Below, piece by piece: positions 51,635-64,000 of a stretch of 64,000 nucleotides of DNA. The DNA comes from Octopus sinensis. Taxonomy: Eukaryota. The notes beneath the pieces were generated by a model. That model saw nothing but the letters and a program-made list of their open reading frames with translations, searched no databases and was not told the DNA's origin. Where the stretch lies: contig NC_043016.1 of NCBI RefSeq assembly GCF_006345805.1, forward strand, positions 17,422,001 through 17,486,000, written 5' to 3'. Both the position numbers and the translations under genes were made by a program. The stretch's first letter is position 1; each line of letters opens with the position of its first letter.

Positions 51635-52190
51635 AGGCGTCGGCTTTCATGGCTTCTGATCTTAACTGATTGGAAGTGTTGTCATGTACATTGTTTTGTC
51701 TTGGTATAAAAGATGGGCTACAGCAAATATTCTGCTCAATTCCATAGATTTGTTTGTCAGTTGTTTGACCTTAACCGGTTGAGCATGTCCCTTAGTGGCT
51801 GACGATATGTGCATCTCTGATCATGAGCAGAAGTAGTGGGGGAGCATCATAGCCATGTGTTGAGAGGGATTCTTTGGGGTTTCAATAATTCACCTCTGGA
51901 AACATGGGTATTTCGTTCAACATCCTTAAACAATCCTTATTCAGGGACCTTTTGAGCGGGATGGGCTACTCTACCTGATGATGTGATGGAGAGAGTGAGC
52001 TAATGTGTGACACGAACATTCCACTTGAAGAAAATTCTAATTGCGCCCCACCTGTAAGGTCATGCGCTGTTTATCTTGATATGAGATTACTATGTCATGC
52101 ACATATGGTTGTGATGCATGTGCCTGGTGCACCCTTATCAGACGGGTAGTCATAATGGGTATACTGGGCTTCGTATATTTGTACTCCAGT
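51635..52190. mobile_element. Older copy of the ~560-bp non-coding repeat (inverted relative to 58785 and 60840)
   Basis: Reverse complement similarity along its length; ~50-bp internal insertion near 51980. Confidence 0.8.
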
Positions 52191-52194
52191 ACTA

Positions 52195-52645
52195 GTAACC
52201 CTTTCTACTTTCGGCACAAGACCTGAAGTTTTGGGGAAGAAGTTAAATCGATTATATCGATCCCTGTATTTCACTAGCGCTTAATTTATCGACCTTGAAA
52301 GGATGAAAGGCAAAGTCGACCTCGGTGGAATTTGAACTCAGAACGTAGCAACAGATGAAATACCGCTAAGCACTTCGCCCTGCTTGCTAATGGTTCTGCT
52401 AACTCGTCGCCTTATGGTGGTGGTGGTGGTGGTGGTTGTGGTGGTGGTGATGATGATGATGATGATGACAATAATAATAATAATAGTAATAATAATCTTT
52501 CTACTGGAAGTACAAAGCCTCAAACTTGGGGGAAGGGATTAAGTCGATTACATCGACCCCAGTGTGTAACGTACTTATTTAATCGACACCAAAAGGATCA
52601 AAGCAAAGTCAACCTCGTGTTAACGATTTTGCTAGCTCGCCGCCT
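52195..52645 (-). mobile_element. Two SINEs of the GGCGGCGAGCTGGCAG family (52195-52405 and internally deleted 52495-52645)
   Basis: GTCGACCTCGGTGGAATTTGAACTCAGAACG body, shared tail. Confidence 0.75.
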
Positions 52646-52682
52646 TATGATGGTACTGATTATGGTGATGATGATGATGATG

Positions 52683-52745
<63 letters not shown>

Positions 52746-53322
52746 GATCGATAGATTGATACATATACGTAATAGCTTCCCCTGAACCATTTACTTTCAT
52801 TTTGGTGGAAAAACAAACGGACAGAATCTCTCTTATATGTATACACACACACACACATATATAAAAGAAGAAAAAGAAAATCGAGGTTGGGAAAATTAAT
52901 AATTGTTTATTATTAACAGCAAATTAATAGTCATCCCTACAGCTGTTTCAATAATTAATACCCAGTAAATATTAAGTTTATATGACCTGGGCGTAATATC
53001 TTCAGAGTGGAAAATATACCCTTGGATACCCTATGTGTTTGTAGCAGACTGAATGAGGTTAATACAACCTCTAATTGAATACACACACACGCACGCACGC
53101 ACACACACACACGCACACACACACACACATACACACACACGAACACACACACACACACCTTACAATCACAAAGCCAAATCCACATATCTACACACATACG
53201 CGCACACACACATAGACATGCACAAATGCAATGTGTTATATATATGTAAAGGCACATATAATATAGATATAATACATATCATATATAAATTAAATATCCA
53301 TATATTATATGCATTATGTATT

Positions 53323-53367
53323 ACAGTCCGACGATGGCTTAATCAACCGAAACTTCGGAGTCACTGT
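53323..53367 (+). ncRNA. Minimal type I hammerhead ribozyme (U4C)
   Basis: Perfect 5-bp stem I ACAGT/ACTGT; CCGACGA; extra T; GG(C)TT/AACC; GAA-ACT-TCGG-AGT-C, site at 53362. Confidence 0.7.
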
Positions 53368-53449
53368 CAATAATATTTCCGTTTAAGAATAACAGATTTA
53401 ATATAATCTCTCTCTCTCTCCCTCTATCTATCTGTCTATCTATCCATCC

Positions 53450-53568
<119 letters not shown>

Positions 53569-53684
53569 AATCGGTCTGTCTGTCTGTCTGTTTGTCTGTC
53601 TATCAATCTTTTGAAAGTAAGCAATAGAAGTAATTACATCAATAGCGTAAATATATATATATACACATCTTTTAGCCGTTGCGC

Positions 53685-54125
53685 TCTCTAACCCATTCTT
53701 CAGCCTAAATGTAGCAACGAATGTATCACACACCTTTCTATCACTAATCGTCAAGCATTTTCCAACAAAATCCAATACCACAAATTACTCAACAGAATCA
53801 ATACAAAAATCAGCTACAGCTACACAAAACACATAAAATGCATCATACAAGCATCAAACCATATCGCACCTAGAAACACACAACACATGATCGTACAACT
53901 TCAAAAGAACAAAGGACATGCTCATTACACGGAAACTGTTTACAAACATAATCTACGAAGCAATAATTTCATAGAAAGGACAAACAGAAAGAAACTACGT
54001 TGCCGCCGTCACATAACCACACAAAATGGACACATTCTAAAGAAGAGAAATGAGATCGTATCACGATGCAGACACAAAGTTAAATTCATTTTAAAAATAG
54101 AACCATCCGAACTCCAAACGAGATA
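53685..54125 (+). mobile_element. Penelope-like element fragment, thumb plus extreme C-terminus (endonuclease mostly deleted)
   Basis: NPFFSLNVATNVSHTFLSLIVKHFP, YHKLLNRINTKISYS, LKKRNEIVSRCRHKVKFIL. Confidence 0.75.
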
Positions 54126-54798
54126 AAACAAGCACCACAAACCCACACTCACAGACGTGCACATAAAATTTACACACATTCGTGCACGCATCCCACCCGC
54201 CCCGTATATATAAAAGAAAAGAAAAATACACACACATTCATAACTTGCAAAAAACACAATATACATCCACTATCTCAACATACCCCCCCGCCCAAACCTT
54301 GTATACATAATACCACCGTATGTATGAACATACGTGTGCACACATTTATACAAACTCAAAGAACAGACAAACAATATATCACTAGACATCTTAGTTACTC
54401 ATACACAATTTTTTTCTAGACGAAAAACAAAACTTCATCTCATCGAAAATGAAATCCTACAATAGCAACATCAAATACACACACACACAACCCAACGAAC
54501 ATAAGAAAACGAATGTTTACGCATTGTATACTTACAAGTATAACTCCCAGTAGATTCCTATAAAGCACAAGACACCAGACCCATTTAGCCATGGAAACAC
54601 CACTCATTAAAAATCTATAAGGATAGATAAGATTTTAAAGATAGATAGGGCTTTAAATAATTTCACGGCTAACATTACTCATGAACACTCATAAAGAACC
54701 CCACATCACCCCAACACACATTTTTTAAAAGAAATTTAAAAATATGTTCTATAACTACTTGTAAAATAAGGAACAGCCATCCCAGATATACACAGAAG

Positions 54799-54870
<72 letters not shown>

Positions 54871-55033
54871 GGCGCAGGAGTGGCTGTGTGGTAAGTAGCT
54901 TGCTAACCAACCACATGGTTCCGGGTTCAGTCCCACTGCGTGGCATCTTGGGTAAGTGTCTTCTGCTATAGCCCCGGGCCGACCAATGCCTTGTGAGTGG
55001 ATTTGGTAGATGGAAACTGAAAGAAGCCTGTCG

Positions 55034-55074
<41 letters not shown>

Positions 55075-55262
55075 CTGTGTTTGTCCCCCTGTGTTTGTCC
55101 CATTCACAACCGATGCTGGTTCGGCAAAAAGAGACCGATAGTATAAGTACTGGGCTTACAAAGAATAAGTCCCGGGGTCAATTTGCTCGACTAAAAGCGG
55201 TGCTCCAGCATGGCCGCAGTCAAATGACTGAAACAAGTAAAAGAGAGTAAAAGAGAAAAAGA
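54871..55262 (+). mobile_element. Young bipartite SINE (tRNA head + internal (TA)n(TG)n + 3' half)
   Basis: CpG-rich; small internal deletion in the 3' half; (AAAAGAG)n-like tail. Confidence 0.85.
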
Positions 55263-55904
55263 GAGTATATATATATACACTCTTCTTTAAATACATATCA
55301 AACATACAAAAAATACCTCAAAATTCTAAAACACACATATACACAAACAAACACACGCACTCACAGACATACACACAATCGTAACACACAAATGCGTACG
55401 CGTACATGTACACACACACGCGTCCGCACAAACACAAACACAAGAAAAGCAAATATTTTTCAAAACGACGAAAACGAAAATCCTTAGAAACAGGTATTTT
55501 ACCCATAAAGCAACCCCTTAAAATTACTCAATGAAAAGTTCAATTCATTAGGGATACAACTACATGCAATCGATATGTCCTTAATTAGTTTTACAACTGA
55601 CCCCATTCACAAACAATTCTTTTCAAAACAACATTTCCAAACTTGTACACAAAAGCACACACTCACACAAAATATGCTCCATTATCTACACCACAGCGAA
55701 TCCCAAAAATTAATAACAGACTTTCCCACCTACAATTAGAAGAAATACAAACAACACATCACAAAATATAACCTTAAACAACCAATAAAGAGACCCGAAA
55801 AACAGCATCCAGTCAAAAAGCACGAAACATACACCAAGGAGCAAAACCAAGTACTCGACAACACATACATACCAATAGATATAATTACCAACTTGTAACA
55901 ATTC

Positions 55905-55943
55905 TCGCTTGAAGATCGCTATGGCGTGAAACTTGAATTGCGA
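55905..55943 (+). ncRNA. Hammerhead-like fold (U3, U17 variant)
   Basis: TCGC/GCGA; TTGAAGA; CGC-TATG-GCG with T.T closing; GAA-ACTTGAAT-T; AATAAA follows. Confidence 0.4.
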
Positions 55944-56175
55944 AATAAACTTTGAGTTTCAGTTTCAATAATATACATATATATATTCTGGTTGAATCTT
56001 CCATGCGTTTACATACACCTCCTTACGACAATGTAAACTTTCATTTCATTAAGATAACCTTGGCTGAAGAGTAGCCTGCAGTATGCATCTCGCTTGGATA
56101 TTCACCACTTCTGAGGTTCACACTCGCTATGAAACATATGCAGCCCGGATCTTATCTACTCCATTCCGTAACTCT

Positions 56176-56260
<85 letters not shown>

Positions 56261-56296
56261 AGATCGTTAATTTAAATTAAATAACGATCATATCGA

Positions 56297-56849
56297 GTGG
56301 CCAGCATGGAAATAAAAACCTTCAAAGGTAATAATTATTATTAAAATTATAACTTAAGATATCTAAGCGATTACCGCCATGCTGAAAATAGCAGCCAGGA
56401 TCTGACTCTAAAATTTTAATAATAATTATTACCTTTGAAGGTTTTTAATTTCCATGCTGGCCAAATCTATTTCGTCATGCGGTGATGTGTTTAACCATAT
56501 CGCACATGGAATTAAGAAGCGGGCATTTTAAACTGGTCATGTTGCATACGTGCATATATATATATGTATATATACGTTCGTATATGTAAGTATTCGTATG
56601 TTGTATGTATATATATATATATATGTATTTATGTTTCTCTCTGCGTATATTCCATTGATGAGGCAAAGCATTTCTAAACGCAAAGTCAGAAAGCCGGGAT
56701 CTGGAATTTTCCAGTAAGTTTTTACTAGTTTTATTTTGTCTTCTCTCGTTGTGCTATATGAACACTTAATGTGGTCTTAGAATCAGATCTTGGCTGCTAT
56801 TTTCAGCATGGCGGTATCGCGTAGATACCCTAAGTTATAATTTTAATAT

Positions 56850-56850
<1 letters not shown>
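56297..56850 (+). mobile_element. Mini Penelope-like element with inverted 5' terminal-repeat piece
   Basis: 56297-56350 inverted vs 56410-56465; 56340-56412 inverted vs 56775-56850; hammerhead fold inside; (TA)n on both flanks. Confidence 0.6.
56649..56707 (+). ncRNA. Hammerhead-like fold (U3 variant)
   Basis: 6-bp stem I ATTCCA/TGGAAT; TTGATGA; interrupted stem II; extra A; GAAA; AUC site at 56701. Confidence 0.45.
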
Positions 56851-56887
<37 letters not shown>

Positions 56888-56921
56888 GATATATATATTA
56901 TTATATATATATATACATTAC

Positions 56922-56965
<44 letters not shown>

Positions 56966-57078
56966 ATATTATATATATTATATAATACATATATATATAT
57001 ACATACATACATATACACATATATATGATGTACACATACATACATACATACATACATACATACATACATACATAGAAA

Positions 57079-57240
57079 CAGGGTGCGGTGAATAAACTGT
57101 CGTCCAGATTACGCAAAGTTGAGTTAAGACTGACATATTTTAACAGATATATTTATCAAAATTACATGAAAATATCTGTATTCAATAAAATCGCCATTGG
57201 CTTCAACAACTGGGTTCGTCTTATCGGGTGATGTCGATTT
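57079..57240 (-). mobile_element. 3' end of a DD37D mariner relative
   Basis: TIR CAGGGTGCGGTGAATAAACTGTC resembles 3239-3261; GTTGAAGCCAATGGCGATTTTATTGAA matches 3097-3123. Confidence 0.6.
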
Positions 57241-57677
57241 CTGTTCGTTTGATTAATGACCTTCCAGACTCTTCTCTTTTCAACATTATACCTGATCTCT
57301 CTCATAAGCCGTTTTTCTCTCAGCTCGTTGATATTCCGTCGTCTATGCACACTAATATTACACATCCACTGGTGCACGCTTCAATTCTTACTAGCTTTTG
57401 CAAATTCTCTGCATTTCAATCATGTTATAATGCAGCATTGCACTTCGTGCACAAACGCTATACAGTCTTCCATCATTCTAAAAGAGAAATCTTTTTTTAC
57501 CAGTAGAAGTAAAAATTCACCGTACTTTTCCCAACCTGTTTTTACTCTGGTTGCTAGGCTCACCTGCCTCCACAGCTAATGAAGTCACCTAAATAACAAA
57601 AACTATTGACAACATCTCAGAAGCCGTCATTTAAGAGAATCTATTTACGCAAGTGCTCTTAGATCTTACTTTACTAA

Positions 57678-57812
57678 TGCGCTTTTTTGTTTGTTCCTTC
57701 TCGAGCCATGCCTGGCTCATAAGGTCCGGTTTCCCGGTTTCCGTGGCGTATAGGTTCCCCACCTGGACAAGACACCGGACCGCCGCAGGTGAGCTGCTAG
57801 ATGCAAGAGTGA
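57678..57812 (-). mobile_element. 5'-truncated SINE, tail Y only
   Basis: Matches 2436-2570. Confidence 0.8.
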
Positions 57813-58074
57813 TATCTTCGAAACATATGTTGGAAGTAAAAGAATTTGAATAATACCTGCGTTTAACTCCATTTATTTATATATATTATACAAAATATTT
57901 CACGTAAACCCGAAGTTTCTACCTTTAAATCCATATTTTTTAAATCAATAAACATATAAATAAATAATTTACTCAATTATCATTCCGAAAATATTTATGA
58001 AATAAAAAGATAAAGAATTCCAAAACAAAAAAAATATTACTTATCGTTTATAAAATTATTTACGAAAAAAGGAC

Positions 58075-58145
<71 letters not shown>

Positions 58146-58146
<1 letters not shown>

Positions 58147-58445
58147 TTTTTTTTTCTTCTTTCAAATTGCTTCCACTTCTTGCCGAGTGTCTTCCCGACT
58201 CCTAGGGAAAGAAACTCATAGTATACATTGGTAGGCCATTAAACCAAACTCAATAGTTCGTTCATTTTTTAAATTTTATTTTATTTTTTTTTTTTTAAAG
58301 TTAAATAAAATACATGAGCAGCAACAGTTCTCACATCGACAATGCTCTTCTCAATACGTGTGATGTACCAGTTAAGACAATCTTTTGCACTTCTTGCAGG
58401 GATGGAGCCAGGGATCATTCTCATATAATTTGAGAGATCAGGTAT
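58146..58445 (-). mobile_element. 3' end of an RLE-type (R4/Dong-like) non-LTR retrotransposon in (TAA)n
   Basis: Minus strand PSLQEVQKIVLTGTSHVLRRALSM* (QK..L.GT..ILR..L C-terminal motif), short UTR, (TAA)n on both sides. Confidence 0.65.
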
Positions 58446-58446
58446 A

Positions 58447-58494
<48 letters not shown>

Positions 58495-58586
58495 ATTATA
58501 ATTATTATTATTATATTATTATTATATTATTATTATTATTATTATTATTATTTATTATTATGTGTTGTTGTTGTTGTTGTGTTGTT

Positions 58587-58626
<40 letters not shown>

Positions 58627-58784
58627 CACCATCATCATCATTATTCTTATTATTATTATTATATTATTATTATTATTATATTATTATTATTATATTATTA
58701 TTATTATATTATTATTATTATTATTATTATATTAGTATTACTATTACTATTACTATTACTATTACTATTATTATGATTATTATT

Positions 58785-59344
58785 GAGTGAGAGAGCAGTT
58801 CATGCCATCAAAGTGACACTGGGGTAAAATATACGAAGCCCAGTATACCAATCATGACTACCCGTCTGATAAAGGTACACCAGGCACATGCATCACAACC
58901 ATATGTGCGCGACATGGTGATCTCATATCAAGATAAACAGCACATGACCTTGCAGGTGGGGCCCAGTTAGAATTTTCTTCCGGTTGAGTAGCCCATCCCG
59001 CTCAAACGGTCCCTGAATAAGGGTTGTTTAAGGATGTTGGAAAGAAACCACCCATGTTCCAGAGGTGAACCATTCAAACCCCAAGAATCCCTCTCAACAC
59101 ATGGCTATGATGCTCCCCCACTACTTCTGCTCGTGATCAGAGATGCACATATCGTCAGCCACTAAGGGACATGCTCAACTGGTTAAGGTCAAACAACTGA
59201 CAAGCAAATCTGTGGTATTGAGCAGAATATTTGTTTGCTGTAGCCCATCTTTTATACCAAGACAAAACAATGTACATGATAACACTTCCAATCAGTTAAG
59301 ATCAGAAGCCATGAGAGCCACTGCCTGGTACTGCATCAGGGCAT
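58785..59344. mobile_element. ~560-bp non-coding repeat embedded in (ATT)n, copy 1
   Basis: Near-identical to 60840-61383; no tRNA head, no TIR, no ORF. Confidence 0.8.
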
Positions 59345-59462
59345 TTATTATTATTATTATTATTATTTATTATTATGATTATTATTATTATTATTTTATT
59401 ATTATTATTATTATATTATTATTATTATTATTTATTATATTATTATTATCATCATCATCTCA

Positions 59463-59494
<32 letters not shown>

Positions 59495-59765
59495 TATTAT
59501 TATATATTATATTATTATTATTATTATATCATCATCATCATCATCATTATTATTTTATTATTATTATTATTATTTTATTATATTATTATCATCATCATCA
59601 TCATTATTATTATTATTATTATCATCATCATCATTATAATTATTATTATTATTATTCTTATTATTATGATTATTATTATTATTATTATTATCATACTCAT
59701 CATCATCATTATTATTATTTATCATCATCATCCTTATAATTATTATTATTATTATATTATTATTA

Positions 59766-59801
<36 letters not shown>

Positions 59802-60057
59802 CATCATCATCATCATCCATTATTATATTATTATCATCATCATTATTATTATATTATTATTATTATTATATATTATTATTATTATTATCATCCATCATCA
59901 TCATTATTATTATTATTATCATCATCATCATTATAATTATTATTATTATTATATTATATTTTATTATTATTATTATTATTATTTTATTATTATTATTATT
60001 ATTATCATCATCATCATCATCATCATTATTATTATATTCTCATCATCATCATTATAA

Positions 60058-60091
<34 letters not shown>

Positions 60092-60141
60092 TTATTATTC
60101 TCATCATCATCATATCATTATTATTATTATTATCATCATCA

Positions 60142-60183
<42 letters not shown>

Positions 60184-60529
60184 CATCATCATCATCATCA
60201 TTATTATTATTATTATCATCATCATCATCATTATAATTATATTATTTATTATTATTATTATATTATTATTATTATTATTATTATATCATCATCATCATCA
60301 TCATTATTATTATTATTATCATCATCATCATTATTATTATTATATATTATTATTATTATTATTATTATTATCATCATCTTCATCATCATTATTATTATTA
60401 TTATCATCATCATCATTATAATTATTATATTATTATTTTATTATTATTATATTATTATTATATTATTATATTATTATTATTATTATCATCATCATCATCA
60501 TTATTATATTATTATCATCATCATCATTA

Positions 60530-60567
<38 letters not shown>

Positions 60568-60616
60568 CATCATCATCATCATCATTATTATTATTATTAT
60601 CATCATCATCATTATA

Positions 60617-60672
<56 letters not shown>

Positions 60673-60800
60673 CATCATCATCATCATCATTATTATTATT
60701 ATCATCATCATCATTATTATTATTATATTATTATTATTATTATTATTATATCATCATCATCATCATCATTATTATTATTATTATCATCATCATCATTATA

Positions 60801-60839
<39 letters not shown>
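59345..60839. repeat. ~1.5-kb compound (ATT)n/(ATC)n microsatellite
   Basis: Direct reading; further tracts at 58075-58145, 58446-58784, 61384-61430. Confidence 0.95.
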
Positions 60840-61380
60840 GAGTGAGAGAGCAGTGCATGCCATCAAAGTGATACTGGGTAAAATATACGAAGCCCAATAT
60901 ACCCATCATGACTACCCGTCTGATAAGGGTACACTAGGCACATGCATCACAACCATATGTGCGCGACATGGTGATCTCATATCAAGATAAACAGCGTGAC
61001 CTTGCAGGTGGGGCCCAGTTAGAATTTTCTTCAGATTGAGTAGCCCATCCCGCTCAAACGGTCCCTGAATAAGGGTTGTTTAAGGATGTTGAAAGAACCA
61101 CCCATGTTTCCAGAGGTGAATTATTCAAACCCCAAAGAATCCCTCTCAACACATGGCTATGATGCTCCCCCACTACTTCTGCTCGTGATCAGAGATGCAC
61201 ATATCGTCAGCCACTAAGGACATGCTCAACTGGTTAAGGTCAAACAACTGACAAGCAAATCTGTGGTATTGAGCAGAATATTTGCTGTAGCCCATGTTTT
61301 ATACCAAGACAAAACAATGTACATGATAGCACTTCCAATCAGTTAAGATCAGAAGCCATGAGAGCCACTGCCTGGTACTG

Positions 61381-61383
<3 letters not shown>
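60840..61383. mobile_element. ~560-bp non-coding repeat embedded in (ATT)n, copy 2
   Basis: Same left junction ATT|GAGTGAGAGAGCAG as copy 1; right end ~8 nt shorter. Confidence 0.8.
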
Positions 61384-61414
<31 letters not shown>

Positions 61415-61751
61415 ATTATTATTATATTCAATAGTACTAAATATAAAACACTTTACACTACCTATACTAAAAAATTTTACATTACAATTTAATTCAGAAA
61501 GTAACCAAACTAATAATTCTCGATTTTAGTTCACGCATAATAATTATAATAATAAGAATAATTAAATTAATGTACGTATCTAAATTATCATTAACAAATA
61601 AAAGAATTAGAAATCCATATTTGTCAATCAATAATCATATAGGTAACATATAGATAAAAAATTTCAAAACGAAAACCGTATTACTTAGCGTTTATAAATT
61701 TACTCGTGAAGACGTGGCTTAAATAAATAGAACAAACATAGAAATATGCAT

Positions 61752-62171
61752 ATGAAGGCGGCGAGCTGGCAGACACGTTGGCATGCCGGGCGAAATGCTT
61801 AGCGGTATTTCGTCTGCCGTCACGTTCTGAGTTCAAATTCCGCCGAGGTCGACTTTGCCCTTCATCCTTTCGGGGTCGATAAATTAAGTACCAGTTACGC
61901 ACTGGGGTCGATATAATCGACTTAATCCGTTTGTCTGTTCTCGTTTGTTCTCTCTGTGTTTAGCCCCTTGTGGGTAGTAAAGAAATAGGTACTTCGTCTG
62001 CCGCTACGTTCTGAGTTCAAATTTCGCCGAGGTCGACTTTACCTTTCATCCTTTCGGGGTCGATAAATTAAGTACCAGTTACGCACTGGGGTCGATGTAA
62101 TCAATTTAATCCCTTTGTCTGTCATTGTTTGTCCCTTCTACGTTTAGCCCCCTGTGGGCAATAAAGAAATA
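61752..62171 (+). mobile_element. SINE (GGCGGCGAGCTGGCAG family) with internally duplicated body
   Basis: 12-bp TSD AGAAATATGCAT at 61740-61751 and 62172-62183 encloses a full copy plus a 5'-truncated second copy. Confidence 0.8.
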
Positions 62172-62407
62172 AGAAATATGCATTTTTCTTATATTTTAGC
62201 TTTAACAAAAAGAGAATAGAATCACAAAAAGGAGAATAAAATCACAAAATTGTAAGATATCATTTACTAGAAACTTCAAAATTCTAAAATTACTACGAAA
62301 ACACGTAAAACACAAATATACTCAAATTCCTAACATACTTAAACTAATTCATATAACTATAATTTACTCTATATTCTCTATTACCCTTATACTAATTTTT
62401 CTGTTTC

Positions 62408-62772
62408 AGTCATATAAATATGGTTACGCTGGAGCCCCGTCTTTATTCGAACAAATCAACCCCTGGACTTATTCTTTGTAAGCCTAGTAATTATTCTATC
62501 GGTATTTTTTTTTGCCGAACAGCTAAATTACGGGAGCGTAAACACACCAACATCGGTTGTCAAGTGATGGGGGGGGGGCAAACACAAACATACAGATACA
62601 TATATATACGACGGGCTTCTTTCAGTTTCCGTCAGCCAAATCCACTCACAACGCTCTGGTTGGCCCGTGGCTATAGTAGAAGACACTTGCCCAAGGTGCC
62701 ACACAGTGGGATTGAACCTGGAACTGTGTAGTTGGGAAGCAAGCTACTTACCACACAGCCGCTCCTGTGCCT
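62408..62772 (-). mobile_element. Bipartite SINE
   Basis: Reverse complement of the 54871 family. Confidence 0.8.
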
Positions 62773-62798
62773 GTATATATATGTATATATGTATGTGT

Positions 62799-62848
<50 letters not shown>

Positions 62849-64000
62849 GTGTGTATGCATGTATGTTTGTACGTATGTATCTACATGTATGTATGTATGT
62901 AAGTATGTATCATGCGATTGTGTGCTTTGAAGAGTGTCTTATTTTAGGCATTGTTATTTATACAAACACTCACAGAGATGGCATTTACAGCTTGAAGGCA
63001 ATTATAGTGAAGCTTATTAAAAGTCAGCAGCAGTTATAATAGCGGAGTCCCTCAGCAACCACCTTATATTGGCAATCACATTTAAAACTGTCAACATCTT
63101 GTAGAGAAGACTTCACAGCGATTTTATATTTGTTTATGCGAAAACATTTAAAATGACCAATATATATGTAACCATAATCAAATCTATATGTTGAATATAT
63201 ATTCATTTTATTTGTAAATATAAGAGAGTGACCACTATGTGATCGACTATAGCACTAAAAATAGATCCGCTACGGTTTCTACATTATTTTCGTGACACGC
63301 TAATCAAGTGAGACGAAGAGAATGTGAAATAGGGATGAATTCAATTTTACCTCTACAAATAACAGTGACGTCTAATTTATGCGCTTTGAGCAAGTGCCAC
63401 GGCAGGAAAACCGATCCTTAAACAAGGTAATTCGTCAGTCACTCAGCGCAACTAAGCGGAAAGTTGAATCACGACCCTGCAGGTAATGTTACCTGTGATA
63501 TACTGCCGCCCTAATCAACATAAGATTGACCTATCAATTGTTTAATGATGCTACAAGTCAATATTTTTTTCAATACAGTTTTTATTTGTCAATATGAACA
63601 GAGAAAAATAATAAAATAGTATTACCATTGTTTGTCAATAGAGTTCTGGAAGTGGAGCATAAGGTGTGACCGATAAAAGTGATGCGGGGATGCTGGGGCA
63701 AGTAGGCGTTTCCTGTAAAAAGTTAGTTTGTATTTTAGATAAGCGGGTTCTGATTTCTGCCGCATTATGTATTTACCGTGATAAAAGTTGTTTAACCTGT
63801 TGCAAATATCAACTGGCATCTCTCCATCATATTAACCAAGTGTTAAAGATGTACTATGTAACATTTTCTTTTTTTTTTTAAAAAAAAAAAAGAAAATAAA
63901 GCTATAAAAAATAGCTGATAATTATCTGAACATCCATCAAAACTATTAAGCTAGAAACATCTTTATAAAAATGTCACAGCCAATTAAGAGGAACCAATAA

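Noticed and set aside
59280-59345. Possible HDV-like ribozyme at the end of the 560-bp element
   Set aside because: A P3/L3-like segment exists on the minus strand but I could not form P1 or P2
59375-60421. Longest ORF in the track (348 aa, poly-I/Y/L/H)
   Set aside because: Translation of an (ATT)/(ATC) microsatellite. The same applies to the MYVC-, HTHT- and YIYI-type ORFs throughout.

Overview
AT-rich, microsatellite-dense eukaryotic DNA. The repeat repertoire (tRNA-derived SINEs, RTE and CR1-like LINEs, Penelope-like elements, Helitrons, Tc1/mariner, MITEs) fits a cephalopod (Octopus-like) genome; this assignment is from recognition, not a search. The only host gene I can support is the 3' end of a Hedgehog acyltransferase (HHAT/Rasp, MBOAT family): two + strand coding exons at 37397-37541 and 40342-40511. 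They lie in a visibly CpG-poor block that starts at a 100-N gap (28660-28759); upstream HHAT exons were not found in the window. Nearly all ORF-track entries are microsatellite or transposon artefacts. The most striking unannotated signal is about 13 minimal type I hammerhead-ribozyme-like folds in Penelope-type terminal repeats from several unrelated families. These include core variants (an apparent compensatory G3-C8 swap, U4C, U3, U17) and a tandem unit of about 555 nt bracketed by two hammerheads. Also present: a ~4.7 kb inverted duplication, modular head/tail shuffling among SINEs, a DD36E Tc1 element, and a (TAA)n array holding an R4/Dong-like 3' end and two ~560-bp elements. Frequent 1-bp indels in some stretches suggest long-read consensus error, so single-base variants need read validation. 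All folds and translations were done by eye.
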